Shown here piece after piece: positions 36,071 through 47,238 of a stretch of DNA of 64,000 bases (the stretch's first letter is position 1; the number at the start of each line of letters is the position of its first letter). This DNA is from Azolla caroliniana. Its lineage: Eukaryota; Plantae; Polypodiophyta. The stretch lies in contig JBHGNT010000001.1 of the NCBI GenBank assembly GCA_043228905.1, positions 13,206,001-13,270,000 on the forward strand, written 5' to 3'. Position numbers and translations under genes: made by a program. The notes under the pieces are model-generated. The model worked only from the letters and a program-made list of their open reading frames with translations. It was not told the origin of the DNA and searched no databases.

Positions 36071-38137
36071 ATGGAGGCTCAACAAGCTAACAATATGATG
36101 GCGATGTTCGAACGGATGCTTCAAGAACAACGCACGATGTCGGAGATTTCGGCATCAGTAGAGCGGCTCGTGCAACGCAACGGGCAATTTAATGGTAAGG
36201 ATGTGTCGCGATATTTGCAGGACTACAAGGCGGAGATGCTCCGGTGCCGGGCTTCGGAAGGGCTGCAAGTGACATCCTTTAACCGGGTGGCGACCGACGG
36301 GCTTCAAGGGAGTATCCACGGGTTGCAACAACAAAATCCGACGTGGGAAGCATTCGAAGAGGCGTTAAAGACCACGTTGGCCATCGAGGACTCCTCCAAG
36401 GCAACGCGGAGGGGATTCGAGGATTGGGTGGAAACGTCAGGTAAGGGGCTGAAGGTCCTCGAAGTGTTTTCGACATTCGAAAGTCGGTTCGGGAGGTTGT
36501 CTGCGAGAGATCAAACTATTCTTGCACCGGACAAAGTCATCATGTTTTTGCGAGCTGTGGACGTCCGGGACCGGAAAGATCTCGGAGTGCTTCTTGAGGA
36601 CACGACCACCGAAAGCGGCCTCACCGAAACATGGGAAAGCGTGCGGGATATCGTTGCGCGGTACACGAAGAGGGGGCAATGGCTTGCCAACGAAGAAAAG
36701 AGGGTTTCGGAACCGATTCCGAAACCGAGAACGGGACTGGAAGACCATCAACCGAGGGCTCGGGAGACTACGGCCGAGAAGGGAGTCGACGCCTCTACGG
36801 TGGAGCAGCTGCTGAAGGAGATGGAGAATCTAAAGATCGCGATGGTGAAGAAGTCGGATGATCGCCCCACAAGCTCCAAATATATGGATCGACGGTGCAT
36901 ATGGTGCGATAGCGCCGAACACGATCGGAGGGATTGCGACGACCATAAGGAGGCGCTACGACGGGATCTCATCTACTACGAGGGAAACCGGATTCATTCG
37001 ATGGACTCTCGGAAGCCACTCCGACCGAACTTCCGGAAAGGCGGCATGAAGAAGGTGCTCGAGGAGGAGTTAGCGGCAAGAAGCAACTATGCGACAACCG
37101 CGGGAATATGTGTCGGGGAGTCATCGGGAGCGAAGGCGTCTTTCTGGCCGGAGGTGCTAGGTAACACCGAGAAAACCGACTCCAACGATATCCGAAACAC
37201 CGCGGAAGGCGTCCGGGAAGCTACGGGATGGGAGTGCCCTGTCGACAAGAATAGCATATACGCCCTGTGTCAATTACATGAGGTGTATGTGGACGAGAAA
37301 CGACGGCGCACGGAGGATGCGGCCGGACCATCGAAGATACCGGAAAGCTGGAACTCCGGAGGTAAGGGAAAAGAAAAGGCGACTCCGGCATTCAAGCTCG
37401 CCTCGGACATAGAACAACAAACCGACTTGAAAAGAGTGTTCGAGGAAAGAATCTTGGATAGCCGGGTAGATTTTTCGCTGCGGGAACTACTCGGAATAGC
37501 GAAGAAGGAGTTTCACGATCTTCTAGTGGATCTCGTAAAAAGGAAGAGACAAAGTACGGAGGAAAATGCTCCAAGGGTGAATGCAAATACCGTTTCAATG
37601 AACGACACCGAAGTGGAAGGCGAAATTCCGAACTCCCACTATACAAGGCCACACTGGGCACGTGCGACTACGGAGACTCCGGTCCGAATCGGCAACATCA
37701 AAGAACCCGTGCTAGCATTGATTGATCACGGATCGGAGATCAACTTGATGTCCAAGGAGTTCTACCGAAAGGGGAAGTGGCCTATAAACACCAACCATGG
37801 ATGGAAGATTCGGGCAGCCACGAAAACGACAGAAGACCTATTTGCGGCTTGTCCGGATGTGACGGTAAAGATCGGGGATGTCGAAATTGACCAAAATTTC
37901 TTTGTGCAGGATGAGGTTTCACATTCTGTCATCCTCGGCCAACCCTTTATCATGGCTTCACGGATGGAGACGAAGGTGTTCGATAGTGGTGCGGCTTTTG
38001 CGCGAATTCGGAGCCAAAACGGAGGGAAATCCGTCCAATTCCTAACGGTGCCGGCAAATCACGAAAGGAACAAGAGGGAACTCTTGTCCCAAGTGAGAAT
38101 GGATTTTAAAGCGGACTGTTGCGGAGTGGGGAAGTGA
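36071..38137 (+). CDS. GyA gag-protease (CCHC knuckle, DUF4100-like region, aspartic protease)
   Basis: CIWCDSAEHDRRDC, FSLRELLGIAK, ALIDHGSEINLM, VILGQPF; no internal stops. Confidence 0.9.
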   Translation: MEAQQANNMMAMFERMLQEQRTMSEISASVERLVQRNGQFNGKDVSRYLQDYKAEMLRCRASEGLQVTSFNRVATDGLQGSIHGLQQQNPTWEAFEEALKTTLAIEDSSKATRRGFEDWVETSGKGLKVLEVFSTFESRFGRLSARDQTILAPDKVIMFLRAVDVRDRKDLGVLLEDTTTESGLTETWESVRDIVARYTKRGQWLANEEKRVSEPIPKPRTGLEDHQPRARETTAEKGVDASTVEQLLKEMENLKIAMVKKSDDRPTSSKYMDRRCIWCDSAEHDRRDCDDHKEALRRDLIYYEGNRIHSMDSRKPLRPNFRKGGMKKVLEEELAARSNYATTAGICVGESSGAKASFWPEVLGNTEKTDSNDIRNTAEGVREATGWECPVDKNSIYALCQLHEVYVDEKRRRTEDAAGPSKIPESWNSGGKGKEKATPAFKLASDIEQQTDLKRVFEERILDSRVDFSLRELLGIAKKEFHDLLVDLVKRKRQSTEENAPRVNANTVSMNDTEVEGEIPNSHYTRPHWARATTETPVRIGNIKEPVLALIDHGSEINLMSKEFYRKGKWPINTNHGWKIRAATKTTEDLFAACPDVTVKIGDVEIDQNFFVQDEVSHSVILGQPFIMASRMETKVFDSGAAFARIRSQNGGKSVQFLTVPANHERNKRELLSQVRMDFKADCCGVGK

Positions 38138-41100
38138 TAGTCCGAGAAGCCCTGATACCCCACACAGGAAGAAAACTCTCGGAGCAAAACAAGTACGAAT
38201 CGGGCCGGATGGGGCATCTACGTACACGGCCGTAACCGGAGGAATGAAGAAACAATACCGACAAGTGGAGGATAAGTTACGGTCGGCATCAATAATAAAA
38301 GAAGACGAAGAAATCGTGGGAGTGATCGAGGAAGTGTTCTATGGGAATACACTACAACGGCTTGAAGAGCTTGCGGAAGATAAAAGCCAAGGGGACCGGG
38401 TAGTCCCGGTGGAATCGGTCGAGATGTACAAGATCATTGCGAAAATGGAGCCGGATACGCTCCGCAAAGAAGAAGCAATGGTAAGTACGAAATACAAGAC
38501 CGTGGAGAAGAAGGTGAAACCGGCCGCGGGACCATTACCCGCTGATAGCGAACAAAAGAGGAAAGAAGTCTCGGGAGATCCGACACTTCGGAAGACCGTG
38601 GATATCGGACATGCCTTCACAGATGAGACCCGGAAGAAACTTCGGATCGGTGGAGGTGGGTTCCTCTTACAAGAAGAAGAAAAACGGTTTCGAGAGATGT
38701 TGGAGCAACATGGCAAAGCATTCGCGTTCACATCGAGGGAGATCGGATGCATTGATCCAAAGATAGTGGAGCCGATGGTGATTTTCACGATTGATCATGT
38801 ACCGTGGAACCTGAAGCCGATTCCGGTGCCACGGGCGCATATTCCAAAAGTCATCGACTTGCTCAAGGAGAAGGTGGCGATGGGGATTCTAGAGCCATCA
38901 AGTGCTCCGTACTCAAATCGATGGTTTACGGTTCCGAAGAAGAATGGGTCACTCCGATTCATCCAAGACTTGCAACCGGTGAACAAGGTCACGATCCGGA
39001 ACTCGGGAGTCGGTCCGATAGTGGACGAATTCGCGGAAGTTTTTGCCGGACGTGCGATATACTCCATCGGGGACCTATACTCGGGGTATGACCAATTCCA
39101 ACTAGCCGTGGAGAGCCGAGACATCACTACCATGCGGACACCGATAGGACTAGTTCGAATGTGCACACTACCACAAGGAGCGACAAACTCGGTTGCACAT
39201 ATGATGAACGCGATGAACAAGGTGCTTCGAGATTGCATCCCGGAGATAACGATGCCGTTTCTAGATGACATTCCGATGAAAGGATGCGCAGTGGAAGAAA
39301 AAGATGAGACTATGGATGATCGGGGATGCCGAAAGTTCGTGGTCGACCATATTCATGATTGCGAGAAAGTGTTGCGAAAGCTAGAAGATGTGCACCTAAC
39401 ACTTTCCGGGGAGAAATCGGCATTCGGGCAAGAAGAAATATTGGTGGTCGGACATCTATGTGGACCCTACGGCCGAAGACCGTCACCAACAAAGATCGAT
39501 GCGATTCAAGCTATGAAGGAAGTATGTGAGTCAACATCGGAAGTCCGAAGGTTTCTGGGTGCGTGTGCATTCTATCACATATGGATTCCGCACTATGCAC
39601 ATATAGCGGACCCGCTCTATCACTTGTTGCGGAAAGGTAAGAAATTCGAGTGGAAACCGGAACACACTAAAGCCATGAGGAAGCTCAAGAAGACACTATG
39701 GAGGGCGAAATCACTTAAGAAGCCAAGCTACGAGCGGCCAATCATAGTGACGGTTGATACAAGTCCAACCGGTATCGGGTGGGTCATCAATCAAGCCGAC
39801 TCGGATGGTTCGCGGTATCCGATCCGATTTGGAGCAAAGGTCCTCAACGAAAGGCAACGCGGATATGCACAAGTCAAAAGAGAATTGTGGGGAGTCGTGT
39901 CGGCGATAAAATCGGATCGGGATTATTTGATCGGAGCTGAAGTGGTGATTGAGACGGATTGTCTTCCGATACTCGGGATGATGCGGTGTTGTACGATACC
40001 GGATGTGGCTATGCTAAGGTGGATTGCATATGTCAAGTCACTTAATCCGGAGGTTCGACACATCTCGGGGAAGGACAACGCGGTAGCGGACATGTTATCA
40101 AGGGCGCGGTTTGAAGACGACATAACCGAATCAGATAATGAAGAAGTTTCCGAAGACTACTTCACGTCAGAACACATATGCCGAGTGAACGTGATCCGAG
40201 AATTCCGGGAAGAAGAATACGAGGGGGAAACCTTGATGATCGGGAAGATGCTACAAGAGGTCGAGGATTCAACCAATGATAAAGAAAGGAGAGCCGAGAT
40301 CCGAAGGAAGAAGAGGCAAGTCCAAAAGTTCTTCTTGGAAAACGGTTTAATATGGAGGACGCCGAAAAGACCGGATGGGATACCACTTCGAGTAGTCGGG
40401 ACGAAAGAGCAACGAAACCGGATAATGTCCGAGTTCCACGAATCCGATTGGGCTGGACATCGAGGAACATGGGCAACTTTTGTGAAAATCAAGCAAAGAT
40501 ATTGGTGGAAGAACATGTATAAAGATGTCGCGGAGTTCACAGAAAGCTGCGAGAAATGTCAAGTCTACTCCGGGGTCCGACACCGAGATGAGCTGCATCC
40601 GACATTCTCACCGACAATCAACTTCAAGTGGATGGTCGACATTGTAGCTATGCCGACCGGGATTGGACAAAAGAAATACTTGGTGTTAGCTCGAGAAGAT
40701 CTCACAAACCAAGTTGAAGGTCGAGCGCTTCGGAGGAAAACGTGTGCCGCGGTGTGCCAATTTCTTTTGGAAGAAGTGTTTTGTAGGTACGGCTGCGTAG
40801 GACAAGTGATTGCGGACCGGGGAGAACTCGACTCGGACAAAGCTAGGGGATTCTTCGCCAAACATGGAGTTCGGTTAACGTTGACAACGGCCTACAATCC
40901 GGAGGCCAACGGGAAGATCGAACGAGGACATAGTCCGATCGTGAAAGCTCTTGCGAAGGCATGTGACGGAAGGGTGAAGGATTGGCCACAAATGCTTCCG
41001 TATGCACTATGGGCGGATCGGACGACGCATAGCTCCGTGACCGGTTACATGCCGGCAGAACTCATGACCGGACAAGCACCGGTAATGCCAACGGAAACCG

Positions 41101-41711
41101 CAATCGCGACATGGACAATACTACCGTGGAAGGAAGAGATGAGCCGGGAAGAACTACTAGCGGTCCGGATACGACAACTGGAGGGAAGACCGAAAGATGT
41201 AGCGGAAGCGTCACGCCGACAACAAGAAGCACGGTTCCGGAACAAAAGCCGGTTCGACACAAAGCACCGACTACGACCGAGGAGGATTGAAGAAGGAGAT
41301 TGGGTGATCGTCTATGATAGTAGCTTGGACCATCAACATACAACGATGCGGAAATTCGCGAAAAGGTGGTTCGGGCCATACGAGGTTCGGAAGGTCTTCG
41401 ACAACGGGACGTACCGACTGTCCGAGTTGGATGGAACAATACTACGAGTGCCTATAGCCGGGAAGCGGGTGAAGATTTTCAAGAAGCGGACCGACGACAA
41501 ACCTTATGTGATCCAAGTCGAGGCCGACAACGAGGAGCAATCGGACGAAGACCACAATGATGCGGGAAGCGAAGAAAGTGGATTACAACTCATAGTCGAC
41601 ATAAGGGGAGAATCGGAGGAAGCTTCGGATGAAGACGGATACGAAGAATCAAGAACTTCGGCACATACCGGAGGATGTGCGGGTTTGGAGGGGGCGAGTG
41701 TCGTAGTGTAA
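38097..41711 (+). CDS. GyA pol (RT-RNase H-integrase), intact, probably expressed by frameshift
   Basis: Frame open from 38097; LPQGATNS, FLDD, DTSPTG, FHES..GHRG..CEKC, DRGE, NGKIER, GPY. Confidence 0.93.
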   Translation, partial: EWILKRTVAEWGSDSPRSPDTPHRKKTLGAKQVRIGPDGASTYTAVTGGMKKQYRQVEDKLRSASIIKEDEEIVGVIEEVFYGNTLQRLEELAEDKSQGDRVVPVESVEMYKIIAKMEPDTLRKEEAMVSTKYKTVEKKVKPAAGPLPADSEQKRKEVSGDPTLRKTVDIGHAFTDETRKKLRIGGGGFLLQEEEKRFREMLEQHGKAFAFTSREIGCIDPKIVEPMVIFTIDHVPWNLKPIPVPRAHIPKVIDLLKEKVAMGILEPSSAPYSNRWFTVPKKNGSLRFIQDLQPVNKVTIRNSGVGPIVDEFAEVFAGRAIYSIGDLYSGYDQFQLAVESRDITTMRTPIGLVRMCTLPQGATNSVAHMMNAMNKVLRDCIPEITMPFLDDIPMKGCAVEEKDETMDDRGCRKFVVDHIHDCEKVLRKLEDVHLTLSGEKSAFGQEEILVVGHLCGPYGRRPSPTKIDAIQAMKEVCESTSEVRRFLGACAFYHIWIPHYAHIADPLYHLLRKGKKFEWKPEHTKAMRKLKKTLWRAKSLKKPSYERPIIVTVDTSPTGIGWVINQADSDGSRYPIRFGAKVLNERQRGYAQVKRELWGVVSAIKSDRDYLIGAEVVIETDCLPILGMMRCCTIPDVAMLRWIAYVKSLNPEVRHISGKDNAVADMLSRARFEDDITESDNEEVSEDYFTSEHICRVNVIREFREEEYEGETLMIGKMLQEVEDSTNDKERRAEIRRKKRQVQKFFLENGLIWRTPKRPDGIPLRVVGTKEQRNRIMSEFHESDWAGHRGTWATFVKIKQRYWWKNMYKDVAEFTESCEKCQVYSGVRHRDELHPTFSPTINFKWMVDIVAMPTGIGQKKYLVLAREDLTNQVEGRALRRKTCAAVCQFLLEEVFCRYGCVGQVIADRGELDSDKARGFFAKHGVRLTLTTAYNPEANGKIERGHSPIVKALAKACDGRVKDWPQMLPYALWADRTTHSSVTGYMPAELMTGQAPVMPTETAIATWTILPWKEEMSREELLAVRIRQLEGRPKDVAEASRRQQEARFRNKSRFDTKHRLRPRRIEEGDWVIVYDSSLDHQHTTMRKFAKRWFGPYEVRKVFDNGTYRLSELDGTILRVPIAGKRVKIFKKRTDDKPYVIQVEADNEEQSDEDHNDAGSEESGLQLIVDIRGESEEASDEDGYEESRTSAHTGGCAGLEGASVVV

Positions 41712-42489
41712 GTTGCACACTATGTGGAAATTATATTTTTGTCCCTCCGGATAGAGAATGGAGTGCTCGGTGAGAACCGGAAGAAAACGGCATACCGACA
41801 AGGAGGAAAACGGCATACCGGCAAGGAGGAAAACGGCATACCGGCAAGGAAGAGACATAAATGTAAAAAAAAGGAAATTCTCACTACTGCGCAGGGCGTG
41901 ATTCGAACTCTGCACCTCCACGTTGACAAACCCCAACCTTACCATTACATTAAATTATCTTAAGTGTTTTAAATATAGATTTAATATGTATAAGACCTTT
42001 ATTTATGCATACCTTTATTAAAAGGTAAATCGTGTATTTTTTTAATATATGAAAAAGAAAAAAAACACGAGACACTAAAAATAACTCATGCACATCTAGC
42101 GTGCATGAGCCCTATACTTAGGAAATAAAAAAGCATCACATGCACATTTAGTGTGCATGAACATATGAGAAAAAGCATGTAGCTATGCTTAGTCTCTCCC
42201 ATCACTATATAAGGATGGGGAGCACATTGTAGTTGTTGTTGATTATTTGGATTAAGAATTAATCAATACAAAAATTATTCGTGGGATTCACGATTTATAC
42301 ATCTACTTCTCTCTTAACACCCTAAGTACCAATTAATATAGTATACTCGTGTGATTCACGAGTTTCTTATCTTTCTCTTTGCTATTTACTCATAATTAAT
42401 CTCTATCTCACGAACTTCTTTCTCCTAGTCCAAGACCTCTGTGGTTCCCACCCGACTCACGCAACGATCCGGAGCCGAAAGGCACGACA
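41699..42489 (+). repeat. GyA 3' LTR, preceded by PPT ggagggggcgag (41687-41698)
   Basis: Direct repeat of 35219-36032. Confidence 0.95.
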
Positions 42490-43821
42490 ACGGCAACAAA
42501 GGAAACGGTGGCACCAGAAGATAAGTGGCTAACAAATATGCACCAATTTCTGAGCACCGGATTGCCTCCGAAGGAGATGAACCGGGACGACAGGAAATGC
42601 TTGGCGGTACAAAGTCGGCACTTCTGTTTATTACGGGACACGCTATACCACAAAGGTGCGGACAGTATATTACGACGAGCGGTGCGCAGCGACGAGAAAG
42701 AGGTAATACTACGGGAAACACACTGCGGAGTCGCCGAAGGCCATTACGCCGGGGATGATACGGCAAGGAAGATATGGCAAAGTGGCCTATGGTGGCCGAC
42801 TACATTGAAAGACGCAGTCCGGTACGCGAAAGAGTGTGATCTATGCCACCCAATGGGCCAGCCAACGGAACAAGCTAGGATGCCGCACTAGCCAGTACTA
42901 CCGCTAGAACCATTTCAAAACTGGGGACTAGATTTTGTCAGACCATTTAAACCACCGGCAATGAGAACTGGCAACCGGTATGTGATCGTCGCGACGGACT
43001 ACTGCACTAAATGGGTGGAAGCCAAAGCCCTACGAGACAACACCGCGGCGTCGACGGCAAAATTCTTATACGAATACATTTGGTGCCGGTACGGATGCCC
43101 CATAGAGCGGATAAGCGACCAAGGAGGGCACTTTCTTGGACAGGTAGTGGACAGGTTGACGTCATTCTATGCGGTAGTACATAAACGGAGCACCCCGTAC
43201 TACCCACAAGCCAATGGATTAGCTGAGTCAACAAAAAAAACACTACAGAATATACTGCGCAAGATCGTCAATGAGAATCGGACAGATTGGGACACGAAGC
43301 TGCACAGTGCACTTTGGGCTTACCGGACAGCATACAAAACAAGCATCCGAACAACGCCATTCCGGTTAGCATTCGGATTAGAGGCAATCATGTCGGTCGA
43401 GTTCCAGGTACCGAGCTTACGGATCCAGATTAGGGAACGACTTAATTAAAAGGAATCATAGGTAATTCGGTTAAAGGCTCTGTGTGAACTAGAAGAACAC
43501 CGACTGGCAAGCATCATGCACCTGGAATTGGAACAACGGCGACGGAAAGCGTTTGTAGATCGGCACAAAAAAGGAAACGAAAAGATGTTCGAAATCGGCA
43601 AGGCAGTACTAGTGTTCCAAACCCGGATGGGTAAAATGCCAGGCAAACTACGGTTTAGATGGACCGGACCATATTGGATCACACGCGGGTTCAATGGGTC
43701 TTACCAGATAGGGACACTTGCCGACGAGGTGCTGGGAAAATGGGTCAACGGATTTAGACTAAAGCCATACAAAGGACCTATGCCCAAGAACCCATTTGAA
43801 CGAAGGGCCGACACCGAATAG
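42490..43821 (+). pseudogene. GyB integrase, resuming after the nested insertion
   Basis: H..GH..C zinc finger, ATDYCTKWVEA, SDQGGHF, YYPQANG, WTGPY; several stops. Confidence 0.92.
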
Positions 43822-44409
43822 GACACCGGGAGGACAACCAAGACGGCAACCTGTGAGGAAAACGGCTACCACCAAGCCGGTAAGGAGGAGCACGAGCCGG
43901 CAACCGGGGAGAGCAAAACGACGGCAAACCGTCACGATGCCGGCAAGATTCTTCATTCGGGTAAGGGTCCGTTAGGACCGGAGAAAAATTAACCACACAG
44001 TTAATTTAAAAAATAAAAAATAAAAAATAAAAACAAATCGAATGGAATCAAAGAAATCATGGAAAGGAGTGGTGGGAACGGCCATGCAAACGAGGAGTAA
44101 AGAGGCACTTCGAAAAGGTACGAGGAGGCTATGAATAGGACATTAAACCACCACCACATGGCACGTAATGCTATTATTGTACACGACCTGCACACGAGTA
44201 GGCTCGAAAAAGGCGCCAAGATGCAAAGAGAAAAACCCCCACGCATCGAGACCTTCTTCTTTCGCGAACCAAGGAGAACAGACGCAGACAGACGCGTGAA
44301 GATCAGTCGAAGAGAGCTCGCGCACAGAGAACCCCCTCACTCAGAACTTTCTCTCTCGCACTCTCACCCCCGTCAAACCTCCCCAACGCTCTCCGACCTC
44401 GACGCAGAG

Positions 44410-47184
44410 ATGGACTGCCAAACACTGTCTGAAGCCGCCAAGAAATGGCTACGGCAACACGGACTGGAGGGTTTCTTGACGATCATGGAGGCGGCGCAAC
44501 ACAAGGAGGCCGAAACGATTATCAAAGAAATCAACACAGAGTTGATCACGGAGGTGATCCATGCGTTAACAGGCCTTCCGAAGGGGGGCATCTACACGGT
44601 CGACAATCCTACCTCCGAGCAGCTCATCAAATATTTCGGTGAGTATTCTCTCGCCAACAAGGGCTACAGGACACAGGGCAACGAAGATATGTTATTCTGT
44701 GAAATTGCCCGTGTACTCCATGAGTTCGTCCACGTATACCCTCGACCCCCCGTTATGCCTCAAAACCGAGCAGGCTTGATTATTGCAACGTACGAAGGGG
44801 CCAAGGTGGATTAGCCGGTGCTGATCGCCGACAGATTGTGCGTGGCCATTGATACCGTAAGAGGTAAGGAAGGCAAAGAAGGCCGGAAAATATGGCATGC
44901 GGTGACGCAATGGCTCACCCTATTGGCGCCACCTGTCGAGCCCGTCCAGACCAAGAAACGGGGAAGAGTACCCGACAGCACCCCGAGAGCTGCTTCAAAA
45001 CGGCAACAGTTGTTGGCCTCCAAGGCCACTAAGGGGAAGACGGCCGACGCAGAGAAGGCGGCAAAGGAGCGCGCCAGCCGGAAGCGGCCGACGGACACGC
45101 ACGAGGAGACACCGGCACGGCCACTGAAGAGCCCACCCCACTGACCGAGGCAGCGAGAAACGGACACCCTGGCGGCAAGAATGAATGCCGAGACTCATGA
45201 GGAGGAAACGGAGGAAGAGCCTACGGAGCACCTCCAGCGGCGGCCAATGAAGAGGACCGTAGAATCAGTCGGGAAGCGTTCGGACCCACAGAAGGATGGA
45301 AAGCCTGCAACCCACACTGAGACTCCCATGCCAAGGGAGGCACCGGAACTGGTTCGGATGGAACCGGTCACAGAAGTCCCCGCACAACAGGCAGCACTGG
45401 CAAGCCCCGTAACTCAAGAGCCGGTTATACAAATGCCAACCCCCTCAGTCGGCCAAGAACAAGCAGAACAAGTGCGGCCAACCGAAACACAACTGGAACC
45501 TGAACGGCAAAGTGGTCAACAGGTAGAGCCGGAACTGCTGCTCGACGCAGTAAGGCGGGACCAGCCACCGGCAAGTGAACCCATCAGCCAACACGCCGTG
45601 CAGACGCAACAACAGGGCACCGGCAGCCAATGGCTCCGGTGGATAGGGGAACAAATTTCCGGAGTAGTCGAATACATAGAGGCGGAAGAAAGAGCGCAAA
45701 CAGAACGGTTGTTAGTCACAACCGATGAACTAGAGACGGCCCGGTCCAGAATCCGGTGCCTCGAACAAGACTTGGATCGGGTCATAGAAGACATGGCCAA
45801 AATGGCCTTAACCGCAACACAGATCCAAGCACCGGTGACTCCGGTGATTGTACATACGGAGACGGGAACTGTTCCGAAGAAAGATGTGGCGCAAGCCCAA
45901 GAGCTTGCCGACTTAAGAGACGAACTTGCCGCACAAGAAGCATTACAGAGCCACGAACGCGACTTGAAGAAGGCGGCCGAAGAAGAATTAAAGAAGACTA
46001 CTGAGAACCTCCGTCGGGCAGAGGAAAACCTGCGTAAAGGACATCAAGCTTACGACCGGCTAAAGGAGGAAAAAGAGAAATTGCTGCAGGAGAAAGACAA
46101 GTTGCGACGGATGGCAGAGACGGAAATCGAAAGGCTGAAGGAAGAACTCCGTCAACAGAAGGACCGGGAGGACCGCGCGCGCCGGCAGATCAACCAAAGG
46201 CTGAAGCAGAAGATCGATGATTTTGATCATCTACACTGGGACTACAAGCAGCTGGAGGCGGAGTATAAGCAACAGCAAGAACGGATGGCCGAGCTCCGGC
46301 AAGAAGTTGATAGGGCCACAACGGCACTCGCCGACGAACGAGCTGAGAGTTCAAAGCTATTGGAGGAAGCGGTGATGGACCGGATGGAGCTCCACAAGCA
46401 GAACCATGAAGAAAAGGAAAGAATGACAATGGTGTTACAAAGGTTGCAAACAACCTATCAAAGTCAATTGTCACATTATAGGGAGCAGGAGGCGGACACG
46501 GTCAGAATTATCAAGCAGTTGAAAGAGGAGCGACAAGCCATGGAGAACAAATCACGGATGGGAACCGAACGGATCCAGTGCATCCTCCAGTCATGGCTCA
46601 CCAAGACCAAACGCTTGATTGACGAGAGCTCTGTGCAATGGTGGACGAAATGGGTGCAGAATACGGCGAAACTCCAATTGCTCAGGGCGGACGTGGAAAA
46701 CCGGCGGAAGGAAGGTGACGACTGTTATACGCTGACATCGGAGGACTTCACCGCCATAAGGGATGAACTGGCTGAAGATTTCACAGTCCTGGCGGATGAA
46801 CAATTGGTGCAGGTCCGGCAGCTCATAGCTCAATTGGACGACGATCGGCTGGAGGCTCAAATCCAGTTTGAGAGCTATGAGCAGTCCCGGCTCCGGGAAG
46901 AAAAAGCAAGGAAGGCGGCAATGGTCAACCTTAGTGATGAGGAACCGTCGTCGGTACAAGGACCAGACGGGGACCAGGCTGGGATCAGTCAGCCAGCGAC
47001 AACTCCAACGGAGGAGACAACGAAGGAAACGTCGGTGCCAGAGCAACAAACGGAGAAGGCACAAACAGAGCAACCACCGCAGCAGCCACAAACGGAACAG
47101 CAGCCATAACAGCAACAACAGATTCCCAACGAGCCATTGGAAATTCTGGAGCAAAGCATTCTGGACATTTTGGACGAAGAGTAG
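44410..47184 (+). pseudogene. GyB extra sense ORF (~920 codons): globular N-terminal domain, P/E/Q-rich linker, long coiled coil
   Basis: ORFs 44131, 44818 and 45181 share one frame, broken by TGG>TAG, CGA>TGA and CAA>TAA; conserved in copy 2. Confidence 0.85.
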
Positions 47185-47196
47185 CAGGGCCGGATA

Positions 47197-47236
47197 ATGG
47201 GTTCAACGTACAAGGTATTGTCCCACGGGCGTGCCA
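47197..47236 (+). other. tRNA-3'-end-like hairpin (antisense PBS) at the PPT position
   Basis: ATGGGTTCAACGTACAAGGTATTGTCCCACGGGCGTGCCA, 2 nt before the LTR; also at 25717-25757 and 26318-26357. Confidence 0.8.
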
Positions 47237-47238
47237 TG

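Larger units (their letters stand above)
35219..42489 (+). mobile_element. Full-length young GyA element (Phygy-like gypsy), 4-bp TSD ACGG
   Basis: LTRs 35219-36032 and 41699-42489 are almost identical; PBS and PPT present; removing the element plus 4 bp restores the GyB pol frame. Confidence 0.96.

Noticed and set aside
45181-47109. Host myosin/SMC-like gene
   Set aside because: It lies between the integrase and the 3' LTR in two element copies and has no introns, so it belongs to the retrotransposon.
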